The notes: a model not told the origin generated them from the sequence alone. Positions 13,613 to 26,594 are shown, numbered from the stretch's first letter. The stretch is DNA of 64,000 nt from Eledone cirrhosa (GCA_964016885.1 OZ024760.1:2976001-3040000); one strand, 5' to 3'. Translations and numbers: made by a program.

Positions 13613-13793
13613 CAAATCAGGATGAATACAGTTTGAAACAGGTAAAACCATTACTCACCAGAGTACTCAATACTTAGGGTAGTAGAGTATGATTATATTA
13701 TAATGAGTTATCTTCTAGTCTGGAACTAGCTGTTGAAACTGCAAGAGCTCAGCCATTGGGTTCCTCTTTATGATATATATTTATATATATATA

Positions 13794-13854
<61 letters not shown>

Positions 13855-13858
<4 letters not shown>

Positions 13859-14038
13859 ACTAGAAATTGATTAACATATATATAAACATGAATAATCACG
13901 GGAGATAATTTTTACAGTTTTTGAAGTTCTAGTCAACTTTATTTAGTTACCTACCTAGCTATGTGTGGTTACACACTTGTAAAAGTTATCTCCTGTGATT
14001 ATTCATGTTTATATATATGTTAATCAATTTCTAGTTAT
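13855..14038. repeat. Inverted repeat, about 62-bp arms, abutting (TA)n
   Basis: ataactagaaattgattaacatatatataaacatgaataatcac... and its reverse complement. Confidence 0.85.
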
Positions 14039-14165
14039 TCTAAAATGCTCGGACCTACTTGTTAGAATCTTAGAGCTTATTTTCCGGGTGATATGGCGCA
14101 CGTCTTTCTGGCATGACACCCATAATTTTGATTTAGATTAAATTCATTTAATTTATCTTAATTTT

Positions 14166-14224
<59 letters not shown>

Positions 14225-14485
14225 AATGTATCTATGTAAATTTATGTATATATATGTACATTTCACTCTTCAAATTTTTCATATCACATTGCAACACAAT
14301 ATTTGTGTCTGTATGCATATATGTATATGTATATATATATATATGAATATGTGTGTGGATGTGTATATATGAGTATGTGTGTGTTTGCATATATATGAAT
14401 ATGTGTGTATGGTTATATATGAATTTGTGTATATAAGTATATATATAAATATGATAATGTATGTATCTATGTATGTACATGAATA

Positions 14486-14532
<47 letters not shown>

Positions 14533-14970
14533 GAAAATATATAAATGAAAATATATATATATATATACATATATATGTGTGTGTATGTATATATATGAAT
14601 ATGCTAGTGTATGTATCTATGTATACATATATATGTGTGTGTGCATGTGTGTGTGTGTGTATGTTTATATATGAATATGATAGCCATCATTGCTTTTATG
14701 TGCAATTTTCCATTATTGCATTGGTTGGCCATTTTGTTTTGTGACACTGATTTACAGCCAGCTTCTCTTTCTGATGCCAACTCTTCTAGTTACTTCATAT
14801 GACATATGTAGGGATATACTAAACCCCTAACTACACATGGCAATATATATATACATATAAATATATATTTATTAAAATAACAGATTAAAGTTTAAGCAAA
14901 GAATTTCTGCTTTCACCCTCTTTGGATTTTAGTCTTCAAATTTATTATTATTACTTTATATATATATATC

Positions 14971-15162
14971 AGGGCGGTGGTTTGGCAGTATCGGGAGAGG
15001 GTCAAACAACATGCTTTGTAGCACAGAGTTACGCCCCTTTCTGATCTGAGTTCAAATCCTGCCGAGGTTAACTTTGCCTTTCATCCTTACAGGGTCGATA
15101 AAATAAACTGCCAGTAATGCACTGGGTAATTGCTGGCCTTGTGCCTAAAGTAGAAACAATTA
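14971..15162 (+). mobile_element. S1 SINE
   Basis: Full match to the S1 consensus seen in more than 15 copies. Confidence 0.85.
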
Positions 15163-15589
15163 CTTTATATATATATATATGAAATGTAGAAAAGTGACAC
15201 AAGAGTTGATACATATAAACAAATAGTAAAAAGGGAAAAAATACAGTAGAAAATGCTGGAGGGATTTTTTCAGTATTATATAAAACATTTATTTATAAAG
15301 TAGGGATTTTCATATTTAATCGTGGTACCAGTTTCAGCATTATATGCTTTTTCAATGACGGAAGTGTAAAGTGCAGATAAATTGCATATTTATACGAATA
15401 ATAATAAAATGGAGAAGAAATATTCTTAGTTTTTACATAGATATTTAGAGAGGAAAATTCATGTTTCTGTCCGAGGCTCTCTTTTGTTCTCTACTAGATG
15501 ATCAACAGAGGTGGTAGTAGTTTAAATCTTTGGTTCCAACTGCTATATATATATATGTGTGTGTGTGTGTGTGAGTGGATCTATATATC

Positions 15590-15952
15590 AGTAAGGAAAA
15601 GCAATTAGAGATATACAGTATAGAGGAACAGTGGGAATTCCTGAAAGGTAACCTGCTGAAGGCAAAGGATGAAATCTGTGGCTGGAATAGACCTTTAGGA
15701 AGGAGAAGAGTAACATGGTGGTAGAACAGTAAGGTGGAGGAGTTAATGAAGGGCAAAAAACAGGCTTGGAAAGAATGGCAGGATGGGGGATAGTAAAGAA
15801 CACTATCAGGTGGCTAAGAGAGAATCTAGGTGACAAGATTACTTTGCAAAAAGGGAAGCAGAGGATAGAAAGTTCAAGCATATTCTAGAGCGCGAGGACC
15901 AAAAACGTGAGGTGTTCAGGATTGCGAGACAATGTGTCAAGGAAAATTGTGA
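15590..15952 (+). mobile_element. RTE LINE internal fragment (EN-RT linker)
   Basis: Degenerate TWW*N...KKQAWKEW...KEHYQVAKRE...VFRIARQCVKENCD reading. Confidence 0.6.
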
Positions 15953-15979
15953 TATCTATGTATATATTTTAATCCATAT

Positions 15980-16330
15980 GGAGGCACATGGATTAGTGGT
16001 TAGAGCATTGGCCTTGCAATCAAAATGTTGTGAGTTCAATTCTCAGACCGAGTGATGTGTTGTTTCCTTGAGCAAGACACTTTATTTCACATTGCTCCAG
16101 TTTACTCAGCTGTAGAAATGAGATGATAGGGACTGGGGTCCCTATCATTCCACTGCAAAGTGGTTGTGGAGGTGCCACGGCAAAAAAGCACCCAGCACTC
16201 ACTGTAAATGAGGTTGGTGTTAGGAAGGGCATCCAGCTGTAGAAATCAAACCAGAATCAGTTCCCGTCCCACCCTTGCAAGCAGGGAAAAAGCGGACGTA
16301 AAATGATGATGATGATGGTGATGATGATGA
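15980..16330 (+). mobile_element. tRNA-derived CORE-type SINE (family S2) with RTE-derived 3' tail
   Basis: A box tggattagtggttagagc, B box gagttcaattctc, CORE-like tgtttccttgagcaagacactttatttcacattgctccagtttactcagctgtagaaatg, tail cccacccttgcaagcagggaaaaagcggacgtaaa(atg)n. Confidence 0.85.
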
Positions 16331-16373
16331 CAAGAATGGAAAATATATGTTAAAAAGGGATAATGGTGATGCA

Positions 16374-16575
16374 CATCATCATCATCATCATCGTTTTACG
16401 TCTGCTTTTCCCTGCTTGTAAGGGTGGGACGGGTCCTCCTCAGCACAGCATCTCTCCATTTGCCACAGTCCTTCGTCATCTCCTCTGTGAGCTTCAGCGA
16501 TCTGCAGTCAACTCTCACCACCTCCGCCTTTATTTTCCATGGTCTTCCTCTACTGCATCTTCCTTCCACACGCAC
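16374..16575 (-). mobile_element. RTE LINE 3' end
   Basis: VEGRCSRGRPWK...LKLTEEMTKD..KWRDAVLRRTRPTLTSREKQT* followed by (ATG)n. Confidence 0.8.
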
Positions 16576-17060
16576 ATACATATATATATATATATATATC
16601 TAGGGAGTGTAACATGCTGTTACTGTAGGTTCACCCAGGTGAGCACTTGATGCGTAGTTTCCCATCTGTAACGAGGTGTATAACTAAGCAGAGTGTAATT
16701 ATAATAATAAAAGGACGGTTTGTTAAGTCATGATTACCATTTTACAGTGTGGACTGGACGCTTTTTTGTCATGACACCTACACAACCATTTTACAGTGGG
16801 AGGGGACAGGAGTATACTGTCTATATGCTTCAGCTTCAGCTTGTACCCATGGGAGGTCAGGTCTTCTGTACTTTTGCGTAGCGCCAGAGGTCTCGGTCTT
16901 GAGTATATATGTATATATGTTTGTATTATGAATATATGTATATATGTTTCTATTAACTTTGCCTTTCATCCTTACGGGGTCAATAAAATAAAGTACTAGT
17001 AATACACTGGGATAATTGCTGGCCTTGTGCCCAAAGTAGAAACAATTATGTATATATATA

Positions 17061-17211
17061 CCATATATCCTGGCGCCAAAGACGCTTCGTCCTTGAGGAC
17101 AACTAAAAATTTGAAAAAAAATAATAAACTACCTTCGGCCTCCAGGATGCATGGTAGATTTTTTAGACTTATTTTAGGAAAAAAGAACGTCTTCGACGCC
17201 AAGAAATGCGG
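17061..17211. mobile_element. Tc1/mariner (Tigger/pogo-like) MITE
   Basis: Imperfect ~24-bp TIRs (ccatatatcctggcgccaaagacg / cgtcttcgacgccaagaaatgcgg) with TA on both sides. Confidence 0.7.
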
Positions 17212-17283
17212 TATATGTGTTTGGGTATGTGTGTATTTATTGAAAATATTTACAGCTTTTCCTGTGTTTTACTTCATTTTAAG

Positions 17284-17377
17284 GTGAATGACACAATCAA
17301 GGAAATCGTTGCTTCTCTAGATGTTCTTGTGAATCACCTTCAAAATTTGGTAAACATCATCATAGTGTCTGATCATG
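17284..17377 (+). CDS. ENPP: ENPP-family phosphodiesterase domain exon B (SDHG motif)
   Basis: ttttaag| ... |gtatgt. VNDTIKEIVASLDVLVNHLQNLVNIIIVSDH(G) contains the alkaline-phosphatase-superfamily NIIIVSDHG motif. Phase 0 to 1. Confidence 0.92.
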
Positions 17378-17610
17378 GTATGTAGTTATTTCCCTTGATT
17401 ATCTGTAGATTGTACCTTGTTATTTAGATGACTACCCGCACCATATAAATGCCATTGTCTGTTGTTTTAATGAGAAGGTAATTACTATGACAACAACAAC
17501 AACAGCAGCCAATGAGGCGGTGTTAATACTATCACCTGACATAACTGACATCTCTTCCAAACGTAACTCTATACAAATGTAATAAAGTGATGTAAAATGA
17601 ACTAAATTAA

Positions 17611-17813
17611 CCCTTTATCATTTACATTAATCTATATTTTCACGGTAAATTCATGGTAAAGAGTTTACCTCACAAAATTACCTCACATAATATCGATTCT
17701 ATAAGATTTTGATATTATTTATTTTGAGAAGAATACCTTCTAGTTATGGCCAGTTTGAACAGTAAGAGGTGAGAGAATTCTGGCCGGATGCAGCCGGTTT
17801 AAATATTAAAGAG
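17611..17813 (+). mobile_element. Degenerate copy of piggyBac-like MITE
   Basis: TTAA-CCCTTTATCATTTA ... TAAATATTAAAGAG-TTAT, colinear with 46139-46359. Confidence 0.7.
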
Positions 17814-18371
17814 TTATGGCAGTAAATTGGCAGAGTCAGAACATCAGATAGAATGCTTTGCAGTATGAGGGTTGTCTGAAACATGCATAGGTTGACTAAG
17901 AAGGAGTGATGTTAGTCCTGTGAAATCTTGCATGCATTCAAATACAGTATATTTATTAGCCTAGGGTTACAATAGAAGGCACAGGCACATTGTGTTAAGA
18001 TAGTGTGATTAAACCTGAAACCACATGATTGCAAAGCAAACTGCTTAACCCGTCAACCATGCCTTGAAATGCTTCTTTTAAGCATCAAATATTCACTTTG
18101 TGATTGGCTGAGACAGACAAAATTAAGACAATTAGAGTGTTTTTACACTTCTGTAAATCAAAGTTATCAAAGAATAATTTGAGTGCAATAATTGTTATCA
18201 GAGGCAAAACAAGATTCAAGATTAACAAACTAAATAGATTAAATGGATGACACATTTTCAAATAACTTTATTGGTGAGAGAAAAAGAAGTTCTTGTCACT
18301 AATTAAGAATAGGCAGTATCTAATTCGTATTCAATTAAGAATCACAAGAGATTTATTGATTTGTTTGTGTG

Positions 18372-19258
18372 TTTTTGGGGGGTCCGTTTTTTATTTGAGT
18401 GCCCCGTTTTTTTATGGGGAGGGGGGGTCCGTTTATAATTTGGGTACCCCGTTTTTTTATGGGGGCGGTCCGTTTTTTATTTGGGTGCCCCGTTTTTTTA
18501 TGGGGGCGGAGGTCCGTTTTTTATTTGGGTGCCCCGTTTTTTATTGGGGGTCCGTTTTTTTAGGGGGGGGGTCCATTTTTTATGTGGGCCCCCGTTTTTT
18601 TATGGCGGAGGGTCCGTTTTTTATTTGGGTGCCCCGTTTTTTTATGGGAGGTCCGGTTTTATTTGGGTGCCCCGTTTTTTATTTGGGTGCCCGTTTTTTT
18701 ATGGGGATGTCCGTTTTTATGGGGGGGGGGGATCCATTTTTTATTTGGGAGCACTGTTTTTTTATGGGGGAAGTCCGTTTTTTATTTGGGTGGCCCGTTT
18801 TTTATTTGGGGGCCTCGTTTTTTATTTGGGTGCCCCGTTTTTTTATGGCGGGATCCGTTTTGTATTTGGGTGCCCAGTTTTTTATTTGGGTGCCTCGTTT
18901 TTTTATGGGGGCGGACCGTTTTTTATTTGGGTGCCCCGTTTATTTATTTGACTGCCCCGTTTTTTATTTGGTTGCCCCGTTTTTTTATGGGGGGGGGGTC
19001 CGTTTTTTATTTGGGTGCCCCGTTTTTTTATGGGGGGGGGGGCCGTTTTTTATTTGGGTGCCCCGTTTTTTTATGGCGGGATCCGTTTTGTATTTGGGTG
19101 CCCAGTTTTTTATTTGGGTGCCCCGTTTTTTTATGGGGGCGGACCGTTTTTTATTTGGGTGCCCCGTTTATTTATTTGGCTGCCCCGTTTTTTATTTGGT
19201 TGCCCCGTTTTTTTATGGGGGGGGGGTCCGTTTTGTATTTGGGTGCCCCGTTTTTTTA
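18372..19258. repeat. G/T homopolymer-rich ~20-bp minisatellite
   Basis: Alternating ttttttatttgggtgccccg and ttttttatggggg..gtccg units, with a ~228-bp higher-order duplication (18847 vs 19075). Confidence 0.85.
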
Positions 19259-19514
19259 ATATAATATTATATTATATTATATTATAATATTATATTATAT
19301 TATATTATAATATATTATAATATAATATAATATTATATTATATTATATTATAATATTATATTATATTATATTATAATATATTATAATATAATATAATATT
19401 ATATTATAAAGTACCAGTAATGCACTGGGTAATTGGTGGCCTTGTGCCTAAAGTAGAAACAATTATATTATATTATATTATAATATAATATTATATATTA
19501 TATTATATTATATT

Positions 19515-19706
19515 AGGGCGGTGGATTGGCAGTATGGGTAGAGGGTCGGACGCCATGCTTTGATGCATAGAGTTACAGCCCTTGTCATTCTGAGTTCAAA
19601 TCCCGCCGAGGTTAACTTTGCCTTTCATCCTTACGGGGTCGATAAAATAAAGAACCAGTAATGCACTGGGTAATTGTTGGCTTTGTGCCAAAAGTAGAAA
19701 CAATTA
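19515..19706 (+). mobile_element. S1 SINE within (TTATA)n
   Basis: Full consensus match. A duplicated 3' fragment lies at about 19407-19465. Confidence 0.85.
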
Positions 19707-19767
19707 TATTATATTATATTATATTATATTATAACATAACATAACAACATAACATAACATAACGACG

Positions 19768-19800
<33 letters not shown>

Positions 19801-20307
19801 TATATCACAATTTGTGATCAGTAGAGCCATTGTCCATGGAAATGCGCTTGCCATTTTGTCCACATGGTGCAGCTGAAACACTGACCTAGGTGTAGAGTTT
19901 GTCACTCTCTCCTCTTCACTCTTTCTTTCTTCCTTTGTCCAATAGTCCTTGCTCTTCCCTTCCTTTTCCTCTCATTTATGGCATTTATAGTCCTTTCCAA
20001 TGCTGCTTTCTTTCTCTGTCTGTGTTACCAATTTATAGTTACAACAACATATTTATTTGAATATTTATAGTGTCCTTGGTATTATGAGTTCTAAGAGACT
20101 AATCATTGGTTAATTACTGACTAATCATTGACCAATCACTGGCTTCATCAGATTTACAATGATGAGAATGACAAGGGAGTACTTCTATGTTACTTCGAAG
20201 GCTCTGCTGATATTTATGTACATCAATTGTTAATAAAGAGCAAAATATACACACACACATATATATATATATATATACATGTATGTAAATACACATATAT
20301 ATTTATG

Positions 20308-21046
20308 CTAGGTGAGGTACCCGGCTTCGCCCGGGAGAACAGTTAAGAGAAGACAGATAAAAGAGAAAAAGACTGTATTGGATGTGTTGTCTGGTATGAA
20401 GTGAGACTATAACGTGTGTGTGTGAGAGAGAGAGAGAAACAATCATAAAACTTCTTTATTAGGCTGGGGGAGTAAACTGCTGATTAAATGGTAGATTGGC
20501 CTTGGATTTTGAATCTTGTGAAATAATCATAGTCAGTATGATCTTTTTCAGCTCTAAAGGATGTCATCTGAAACACAGCAATATACCGCATAACATTGCT
20601 TCTGAAGTGTTTTGCTTCGATAGTACGGACTGTAAGTAGTATATGGATAAAAGCTGGAGGGTAGATTTATTTCAAATAGTATCAATTTTTCTTTGTTCTG
20701 TAAAATCAAAGACTGTAAAACGAATTTATAAAAGGTAACACAATATTGTTAAACCTTCCTATAGATCAAAGGATCTATAGTTTGAGCCATTTCTTGACTT
20801 TCGTGGGACGTTACTCTCTGAATATCTAACACTTTAAGTGTATCTCTATCTGTACAACAGCCTATCTCTCTCTCTTTCTGTCTCTCCCTCTGTGTTTCTC
20901 TCTCTTTAGATGTGTGTGTATGTATTTGCGTGTGTGTGTGTGTGTGCGCGCGCGCATGCATGTGTGTGTGTGTGTGTTTAGTTTTTGTGTGATTCAACCA
21001 ACCAGCCAACCAACCAACAAACATCTCTCTTTTATATAATATATAA
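20308..21046 (-). mobile_element. Non-autonomous Helitron-like element
   Basis: Minus-strand 3' end CCCGGGC-GAA-GCCGGG hairpin followed after a short spacer by CTAG. 5' end T(T)TATATATTATATAAAA followed by (GTTG)n. No TIR or TSD. Confidence 0.65.
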
Positions 21047-21599
21047 ATATACACTCACGTATACCATACATATAAAAGTCACGTAAGTGTATGTTTATAT
21101 ATCATCATCATCATCATCATCATCTCTCTCCATATATATTTATCTATAAATTTGAAAAGCAGACATAAAATGATGATGATGATGATATACACATATATAT
21201 ATATTTATATATATACACACATAGACATACACATACATATATGTACATACACTTGTTTATATGTAATTGATATTGACATAGAAAATGTCTTTCATCAATA
21301 AATTTGTACTTAGAGACAATGAGTTTCTTTGATGAAGATGTATCTGTGTGTATCTATGTATGTATATATGTGTATATATATATGTGTATGTATGTATGTA
21401 TGTATGTGTATATATATAATATATATATATTTATATATGTGTATGTATGTATATATGTGTATATATATATATATGTGTGTATGTATGTATGGATATATGT
21501 GTATATATATATGTGTATGTATGTATATATGTGTATATATATATAATATATATATATTTATATATGTGTATGTATATATGTGTATATACATACATACAT

Positions 21600-22182
21600 A
21601 CTGGTAACATGTATCCCAGTACAACCTGTCCCATGGTCGGGTCGTTGGCGACTAAACTGGCTACCCCACCAAGGTTTCTTGGTGAGGAGGGTGACTTTGG
21701 ACATCCTGCAGGACTAAAAACAAAACCTGTCAAAGGGCAAAGGAGCTCTTAAGAGTCAATGGCCATCCAAAATCATTGGGAGAGATGACCCCTTAGCCTT
21801 TGTCAAGGCAGAATTCTAGGAAAACTCTGATATAACACCTGCAACTCTGATGGTATCCAATGATGTTGACTTTTTTTTTTTTTTTGGTAAATATCATCTT
21901 GGTTAAGAGAGTGGGACTGGCTTTGTGCAGTGCCTTTGCTCACTACAAAAGCTTCACGGCACAGGCATTGCTTTATATCTGGAGATCTCTCTGCACTTGT
22001 CGTCACATGGTACCATGGGCCCAGCACTATGTGTCAATAATTGTCACAAGTGTAGTGTTTGTACCAGAGGTTTCAAGTCGCTGGCTGGACTAAAAAGTCA
22101 CACTCGTTCAGCGCATTGGTAGGGGTTCTCCTACATGGATATAAAGTAGTGGCCGTACTCAAAAACGAGTTGGCAGCCACCA
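21600..22182 (+). mobile_element. Internally deleted RTE-like element (UTR-like head fused to C2H2 3' end) in (TA)n
   Basis: CSVCTRGFKSLAGLKSHTRSAH resembles the last finger of the 27.7-kb RTE. The 3' end gtggccgtactcaaaaacgagttggcagccacc resembles the minus-strand end at 27341-27375. Confidence 0.6.
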
Positions 22183-22202
22183 TATATATATGTATATATA
22201 TT

Positions 22203-22235
<33 letters not shown>

Positions 22236-22253
22236 ATGTATGTATGTATATAT

Positions 22254-22297
<44 letters not shown>

Positions 22298-22769
22298 ATG
22301 TATGTATATATGTGTATATATATATAATATATATATGTGTGTGTGTGTATGAATGTATATATGTTTATATATATATATGTGTGTATGTATGTATGTATAT
22401 ATGTTTATATATATATGTGTGTATGTATGTATGAATATATGTGTATATATATAATATATATATATGTGTGTATGTATGTATGTATATATGTGTATATATA
22501 TAATATATATATATGTGTGTGTATGTATGTATATATGTGTATATATATAATATATATATATGTGTGTATGTATGTATATATGTGTATTTATATAATATAT
22601 ATATATGTGTATATATATATATAATATGTATATATATGTGTGTATGTATGTATATATGTGTATTTATATAATATATATATATATATATGTGTGTATATAT
22701 ATATATGTATAATATGTATATGCGTATTCTTTTATTCTTTTACCTGTTCCAGCCATCGAGCTAAGGCCA

Positions 22770-23340
22770 TGCTGAAGCATCGCCCTTGTTGCTACATGTT
22801 CTATCTCCAGTCTGTGTTGGCTGGCCAATGATGTAGGAGGGAGTTTGTTGCTGCTGCCCTTGGGTTACCTTCGTTCCCTGGTGTGGGTTCATCTGGGCTC
22901 TTGGATAGCAGAATGTCAAGATGTTTCTTGAAAACTTCCATGTCCCCACCATGCAGATCTCTCAAATTTCTTGGCAGCTTGTTGAAGGGTTCAGAGCCCT
23001 TGAACCCCAGACTATTGCAATACTCTAGCTGTGAAAGCCGGGACCTTTGGCACCACACAGTAATATCCTGTTCAAGGGATGGTCCAGCTTTCAATACCAA
23101 AGTTTGGTGCTAGTCTCTCCAAGATCTTCCACATGTATATCTCTCCTGCCTTCATTCCAAAAAATAGGGTTTTAGTTCTTTTAGCCTCTCCCAGTAGCTC
23201 ATCTCTTTCATCGTGGCATTCCTCTTGGTGTAGCTTTGTTGGATTGCTTCAAACTCTGTGGTTGGTTTGACACTGTGGGGTGACCCCAGTTGGGAGCAAT
23301 AGTCCAGTCAGCTTAGGACAAATGTCCTCCATAGTACCAA
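22770..23340 (-). mobile_element. CR1-group LINE 3' fragment
   Basis: YCSQL..P....EAIQQSYTK...MSYWERLKELK..LE*RQERY...NSLGFKG...FNKLP.NLR......FKKHLD..L...PDEP. Confidence 0.78.
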
Positions 23341-23385
23341 TTTTTTTCATAGACATCTATATAAAAATTTCTGCAATTCTGTCAC

Positions 23386-24166
23386 AACATGTAAAGAGAG
23401 AGGAGTAGTTTGACTACCTCATACTACTCCTCTTTCTTTACGTCTGCTGCCTGCGTGAATGTATGTGTGTGTAAAAGGAAGGAAGGGGTGGTAAAAAGAC
23501 TAAAGCAAAATAGCGGCTGGCACTCCATTTGTGTTATGCTGTGAATGTGTGTGTTTGCGTGAATGTATCTGTGTTTGCATGAATGTATGTGTGTGTTTGC
23601 GTGAATGTATGTATGTGTTTGCGTGAATGTATGTATGTGTTTGCGTGAATGTATGTGTGTGTTTATGTGAATGTATATGTGTGTTTATGTGAATGTATGT
23701 GTGTGTTTGTGTGAATGTATGTGTGTGTTTATGTGAATGTATGTGTGTGTTTGTGTGAATGTATGTCTGTGTTTATGTGAATGTATGTGTGTGTTTGTGT
23801 GAATGTATGTCTGTGTTTATGTGAATGTATGTGTGTGTTTGTGTGAATGTATGTCTGTGTTTATGTGAATGTATGTGTGTGTTTGTGTGAATGAATGTCT
23901 GTGTTTATGTGAATGTATGTGTGTGTTTGTGTGAATGTATGTCTGTGTTTATGTGAATGTATGTGTGTGTTTGTGTGAATGAATGTCTGTGTTTATGTGA
24001 ATGTATGTGTGTGTTTGTGTGAATGAATGTCTGTGTTTATGTGAATGTATGTGTGTGTTTGTGTGAATGTATTTTTGTAAGTGTGTCCTGTGTTTACACG
24101 TTTATATTTATATGCACATACACATGTACACGTCAGTGTATTGAAAAAAATCTTAGTATATATAAA
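23386..24166 (+). mobile_element. Hairpin-headed dispersed repeat carrying a 20-bp minisatellite
   Basis: 19-bp hairpin gtaaagagagaggagtagt/actactcctctttctttac, then (gtgtttgtgtgaatgtatgt)n about 26 times. Inverted copy at 43168-43597 has a short array. Confidence 0.7.
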
Positions 24167-24645
24167 CCTGTTGTCTGCTTGGCTAATCAAGTAAGCAGTT
24201 ACACAACAGAAGTGTTCAATCGATAGTGATGGCTTTTGTTGAGTGTATGTTCTACAAACCATTGGAAATATAGTGAAAACTAGTGCAGTGGGTGACTGGA
24301 ATGTTGTTAGTAGAAAATTATACCTACTAGATGTGAAGATGTATAGCTTGGTGGTTAGGGGGTTCAACTTACAATCGTCAGGTCATGAATTTGGTTACTT
24401 CTGGAATGTTGTTAGTAAAGATAAAAGGTAAAGGGCCCCTTCGATCACGAATGGCCATGGAATTTTCACCTAAAAAGTTTCTCTCTGAGGCTTAAGTCCA
24501 GGCAAGGTTGTTTGTAGAAGACCATAAGTCACCCTAGAAGACCATAAGTCACCCATGTATACCAGTCACCCTTCTCCATGCCACCGATGTTATCCAAGGG
24601 AGAGGCAATGGCTGATACAGCTTGGCACCAGTGACGTCACAACTG

Positions 24646-25712
24646 ATATATACACCATATATTATATATATACACTACTTACATTATATATACACTATAT
24701 ACAGTATATATACACTATGTACAGTAAATATACACTACTTACATTATATATACACTATGTACAGTATATATACACTATGTACAGTAAATATACACTACTT
24801 ACATTATATATACATTATGTACAGTAAATATACACTATATACAGTAAATATACACTATGTACAGTATATATACACTATGTACAGTATATATACACTATGT
24901 ACAGTATATATACACTATGTACAGTATATACAGTATATATACACTATTTACAGTATGTACAGTATATATACACTATGTACAGTATATATACACTATGTAC
25001 AGTATATATACACTATGTACAGTATATATACTCTATGTACAGTATATATAATCTATGTACAGTATATATACACTATGTACAGTATATATACACTATGTAC
25101 AGTATATACAGTATATATACACTATGTACAGTATGTACAGTATATATACACTATGTACAGTATATATACACTATGTACAGTATATATACACTATGTACAG
25201 TATATACAGTATATATACACTATGTACAGTATGTACAGTATATATACACTATGTACAGTATATATACACTATGTACAGTATATATACACTATGTACAGTA
25301 TATACAGTATATATACACTATATACAGTATATATACACTATGTACAGTATATATACACTATGTACAGTATATACAGTATATATACACTATGTACAGTATA
25401 TACAGTATATATACACTATGTACAGTATGTACAGTATATATACACTATGTACAGTATATATACACTATGTATAGTATATATACACTATGTACATTATATA
25501 TACACTATGTACAGTATATATACACTATGTACAGTATATATACACTATGTACAGTATATATACACTATGTACAGTATATATACACTATGTACAGTATATA
25601 TACACTATGTACAGTATATATACACTATGTACATTATATATACACTATGTACAGTATATATACACTATGTACAGTATATATACACTATGTACAGTATATA
25701 TACACTATGTAC
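24646..25712. repeat. 20-bp near-palindromic minisatellite (atatatacactatgtacagt)n
   Basis: About 50 units with 9-bp sub-duplications. Source of the YSIYTLCTV pseudo-ORFs. Confidence 0.95.
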
Positions 25713-25862
25713 ACCACTGATTCTCCGTTTCTTATGTAATATATATATATATTTTTTTTTTTTATGTATATCTATATATATATATTATATATATAAATAT
25801 ATATGTATATAACTAATGAACAAAGCTAATCAGATGAACATCAATAAACATATATATATATA

Positions 25863-26312
25863 TACGATATTAAACAAATGGAAACTACATTTATAAAACC
25901 ATATTTATTTCATTATATATATTTCAGGGATATCATATTAAAAATATGGTATGCCCTCTTCAGACAAAATACAATATATAAACAGTTTTATAAATAAATT
26001 TGACATACCTTGAAAAATTTTACAACTTCCATTTAAAAAGTTGTTATGGAAGTTAAATGGAAGTTGTAAAATTTTTCAAGGTATGTCAAATTTATTTATA
26101 AAACTGTTTATATATTGTATTTTGTCTGAAGAGGGCGTACCATATTTTTAATATGATATCCCTGAAATATATATAATGAAATAAATATGGTTTTATAAAT
26201 GTAGTTTCCATTTGTTTAATATCGTAAAATACTCCAAAATCTGTTGAGTGCTTTTATATCAGTTATAAAATATTTACTCGTTGTAACCCAACAATTTTAA
26301 ATAAAATTTTTG
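25863..26312. mobile_element. Family A inverted pseudo-LTR-like cassette with two hammerheads (25906-25971 minus, 26118-26183 plus)
   Basis: Arms of about 173 bp (25863-26036, 26053-26226). tattttgt-CTGAAGA-stem II-GAAA-tatata-TA-atgaaata. Confidence 0.8.
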
Positions 26313-26409
26313 CATATATATATATATATATAGGTGTGTGTGTGTTGTTATTGTTTACTGTCCATTTAAATTTGTTTTTATATATATATTTATCTATTTC
26401 CAATTACAG

Positions 26410-26556
26410 GAATCCTGAAAAGTTCTCCAGAATTGACAATCCAGCTTCCGTCAGATAATAATCCGAACATTGAATGGCAGATTGTTGGGAAGTCTTCTGT
26501 TGTCATCTCTTTTACAAAAGAAGCCAATACTTCGACCAAAATGGAATTCATAAAAA
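26410..26556 (+). CDS. ENPP: ENPP-family exon C
   Basis: attacag| ... |gtaact. Open 147-bp frame (G)ILKSSPELTIQLPSDNNPNIEWQIVGKSSVVISFTKEANTSTKMEFIK. Phase 1 to 1 bridges exons B and D. Confidence 0.75.
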
Positions 26557-26559
26557 GTA

Positions 26560-26594
<35 letters not shown>

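Noticed and set aside
15980-16050. tRNA gene candidates at SINE heads
   Set aside because: A and B boxes are present but continue into multi-copy SINE bodies, with no convincing cloverleaf.
18293-19264. 323-aa Gly/Phe-rich ORF
   Set aside because: Open only because the G/T-rich repeat lacks stop codons, and several frames are open.
20100-20155. Minus-strand CTGATGA with a short hairpin (also near 50747)
   Set aside because: No GAAA, NUH or stem I partner found.
24622-25812. 396-aa Tyr-rich ORF
   Set aside because: Translation of a 20-bp minisatellite.
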